Positions 60,709 to 61,956 of a stretch of 61,956 nucleotides of DNA are shown here, piece by piece (within the stretch, counting starts at the first letter, position 1; each line of letters begins with the position of its first letter). The notes under the pieces are model-generated. The model made no database searches and was not told the origin of the DNA. It worked only from the letters and a program-made list of their open reading frames with translations. This DNA comes from Bacilli bacterium. GTDB taxonomy: Bacteria; Bacillota_I; Bacilli_A; RF39; UBA660. The position numbers and the translations under genes are program-made. The DNA is taken from positions 1 to 61,956 of the forward strand of contig JAGHHZ010000029.1 in NCBI GenBank assembly GCA_017887425.1, written 5' to 3'.

Positions 60709-61720
60709 CCTCTTTTTTAGTTTCTTTTTTCAATCCATAATGAACTCTTATTTTATCTTCAATTTCTTTAGCTAATTCTGGATTTTTCTTTAACAACTCT
60801 TTAACATTTTCTTTACCTTGACCAATTTTCTCACCTTTATATGAGTACCAAGCACCGCTTTTTTCAATGATATTGGCTTCACTAGCTAAATCAACAAGTT
60901 CGCCTTCATGAGAAACACCTTCTCCATACATAATATCAACCGTACAAGATTTAAAAGGTGGCGCCATTTTATTTTTAACAACTTTAATTGTTGTTTTATT
61001 ACCAACTATATCAGTTCCTAACTTTAATTGTTCAGCTCTTCTTATTTCTAATCTAATAGAAGAATAGAATTTTAAAGCTCGACCACCTGGAGTAACTTCA
61101 GGATTACCAAACATAACACCAACTTTTTCTCTTAATTGATTGATGAATATCGCAATTGTATTAGTTTTATTGATAACTCCTGCTAATTTTCTTAATGCTT
61201 GACTCATTAATCGGGCTTGTAAACCAACATGAGAATCACCCATTTCACCTTCGATTTCAGCTTGTGGTACCAAAGCAGCAACTGAATCAATTACAATAAC
61301 ACTAATCGCACCACTTCTAACTAAAGCTTCGCAAATTTCTAAAGCTTGTTCACCATTATCTGGTTGCGATAATAATAACTCATCAATATTAACTCCCAAT
61401 TTTTGAGCATATTGTGGATCTAATGAATTTTCTGCGTCGATAAAAGCAACTCTACCACCTAATTTTTGTGCTTCAGCAATTGCATGTAACGCAAATGTCG
61501 TTTTACCACTTGATTCAGGACCATATATCTCGATTATTCTTCCTTTAGGATACCCACCTATTCCCAAAATCATATCTAAAGCTATTGAGCCACTAGGAAT
61601 TACATCTATTTGTCTAACTTCGTTAGAACCTAATTTCATTACTGAACCTTTACCAAATTGTTTTTCAATATCTTGTAAAACTTGATCTAAAGTTTTATCA
61701 CTACTACTACTTTTTGTCAT
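60701..61720 (-). CDS. recA: Recombinase RecA
   Basis: [34 protein letters not shown]. Confidence 0.99.
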   Translation of the reverse strand: MTKSSSSDKTLDQVLQDIEKQFGKGSVMKLGSNEVRQIDVIPSGSIALDMILGIGGYPKGRIIEIYGPESSGKTTFALHAIAEAQKLGGRVAFIDAENSLDPQYAQKLGVNIDELLLSQPDNGEQALEICEALVRSGAISVIVIDSVAALVPQAEIEGEMGDSHVGLQARLMSQALRKLAGVINKTNTIAIFINQLREKVGVMFGNPEVTPGGRALKFYSSIRLEIRRAEQLKLGTDIVGNKTTIKVVKNKMAPPFKSCTVDIMYGEGVSHEGELVDLASEANIIEKSGAWYSYKGEKIGQGKENVKELLKKNPELAKEIEDKIRVHYGLKKETKKEEK

Positions 61721-61751
61721 ATTTCCTCCTCTATTTAACTCCTACAGTCTA

Positions 61752-61802
61752 ATTATAAACTATTTAAAAAATAAAGTCAATAGAAAAACGAACTAAAGTT
61801 TG
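61752..61802 (-). promoter_or_regulatory. recA promoter with LexA (SOS/Cheo) box
   Basis: TTGACT (61775-80)-17-TATAAT (61752-57). CGAACTAAAGTTTG at 61789-61802 matches the Firmicute GAAC-N4-GTTC box with one mismatch. Confidence 0.7.
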
Positions 61803-61832
61803 TGTTTTTAACTAAAATAAAAGATAGTCAAA

Positions 61833-61956
61833 TGAAGTGATATTATAAAAGTAGACAACTACAAAAAAGGTAGAAGTCTACTTTTTTAGTGATAAAATTA
61901 TAATTGAAGGAGGAATTATGAGAAAGAACAATATGAGAACACCAGAAGAAAAAGCA
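61833..61956 (+). mobile_element. Left end of an IS3-family (IS150/IS861-like) insertion sequence, truncated by the window end
   Basis: TGAAGTGATATTATAAAAGTAGACA resembles IS150-group terminal IRs. It is followed by an internal inverted copy (GTCTACTTTT), a strong RBS (AAGGAGG), and the start of an ORF at 61918 (MRKNNMRTPEEKA). Confidence 0.6.

Overview
A very AT-rich, gene-dense chromosomal segment of a low-GC Firmicute read with the standard code (TGA is used as stop). Gene content and style suggest an uncultured gut Bacilli lineage such as RF39; this is inference, not a search result. Most of the window is housekeeping: ffh, yebC, rnc, yidD, rpoE, hrcA-grpE-dnaK-pepF-dnaJ with two CIRCE sites, thyA, hemW, galU, thrS with a Thr T-box, lon, rny, recA with a LexA box, and 4 tRNAs. 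It also holds a cell-envelope cluster (GtrA, GT2, two GT-C, two M15B peptidases, an amidase), ddl, a class A PBP, and a sporulation set (SpoVID/YsxE-like, Coat F-like pair, sigmaE/K/G-like promoter motifs). The most unusual items are: an in-frame DHFR::thymidylate kinase fusion behind thyA; an unknown 164-aa ORF between the Thr T-box and a TGS-less thrS; a 1045-aa type IV pilin-like protein with about 10 Ig-like modules; a solo HerA-like ATPase inverted between recA and rny; and three apparently dead enzyme or binding-protein homologues (iPGM-like, ZnuA-like, deacetylase-like). Also seen are a His/Cys-rich GrpE N-terminus, a doubly disrupted Bro-N pseudogene, two small ORFs missing from the ORF track, and the left end of an IS3-family element at the right edge. 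No CRISPR array, rRNA or prophage was seen.
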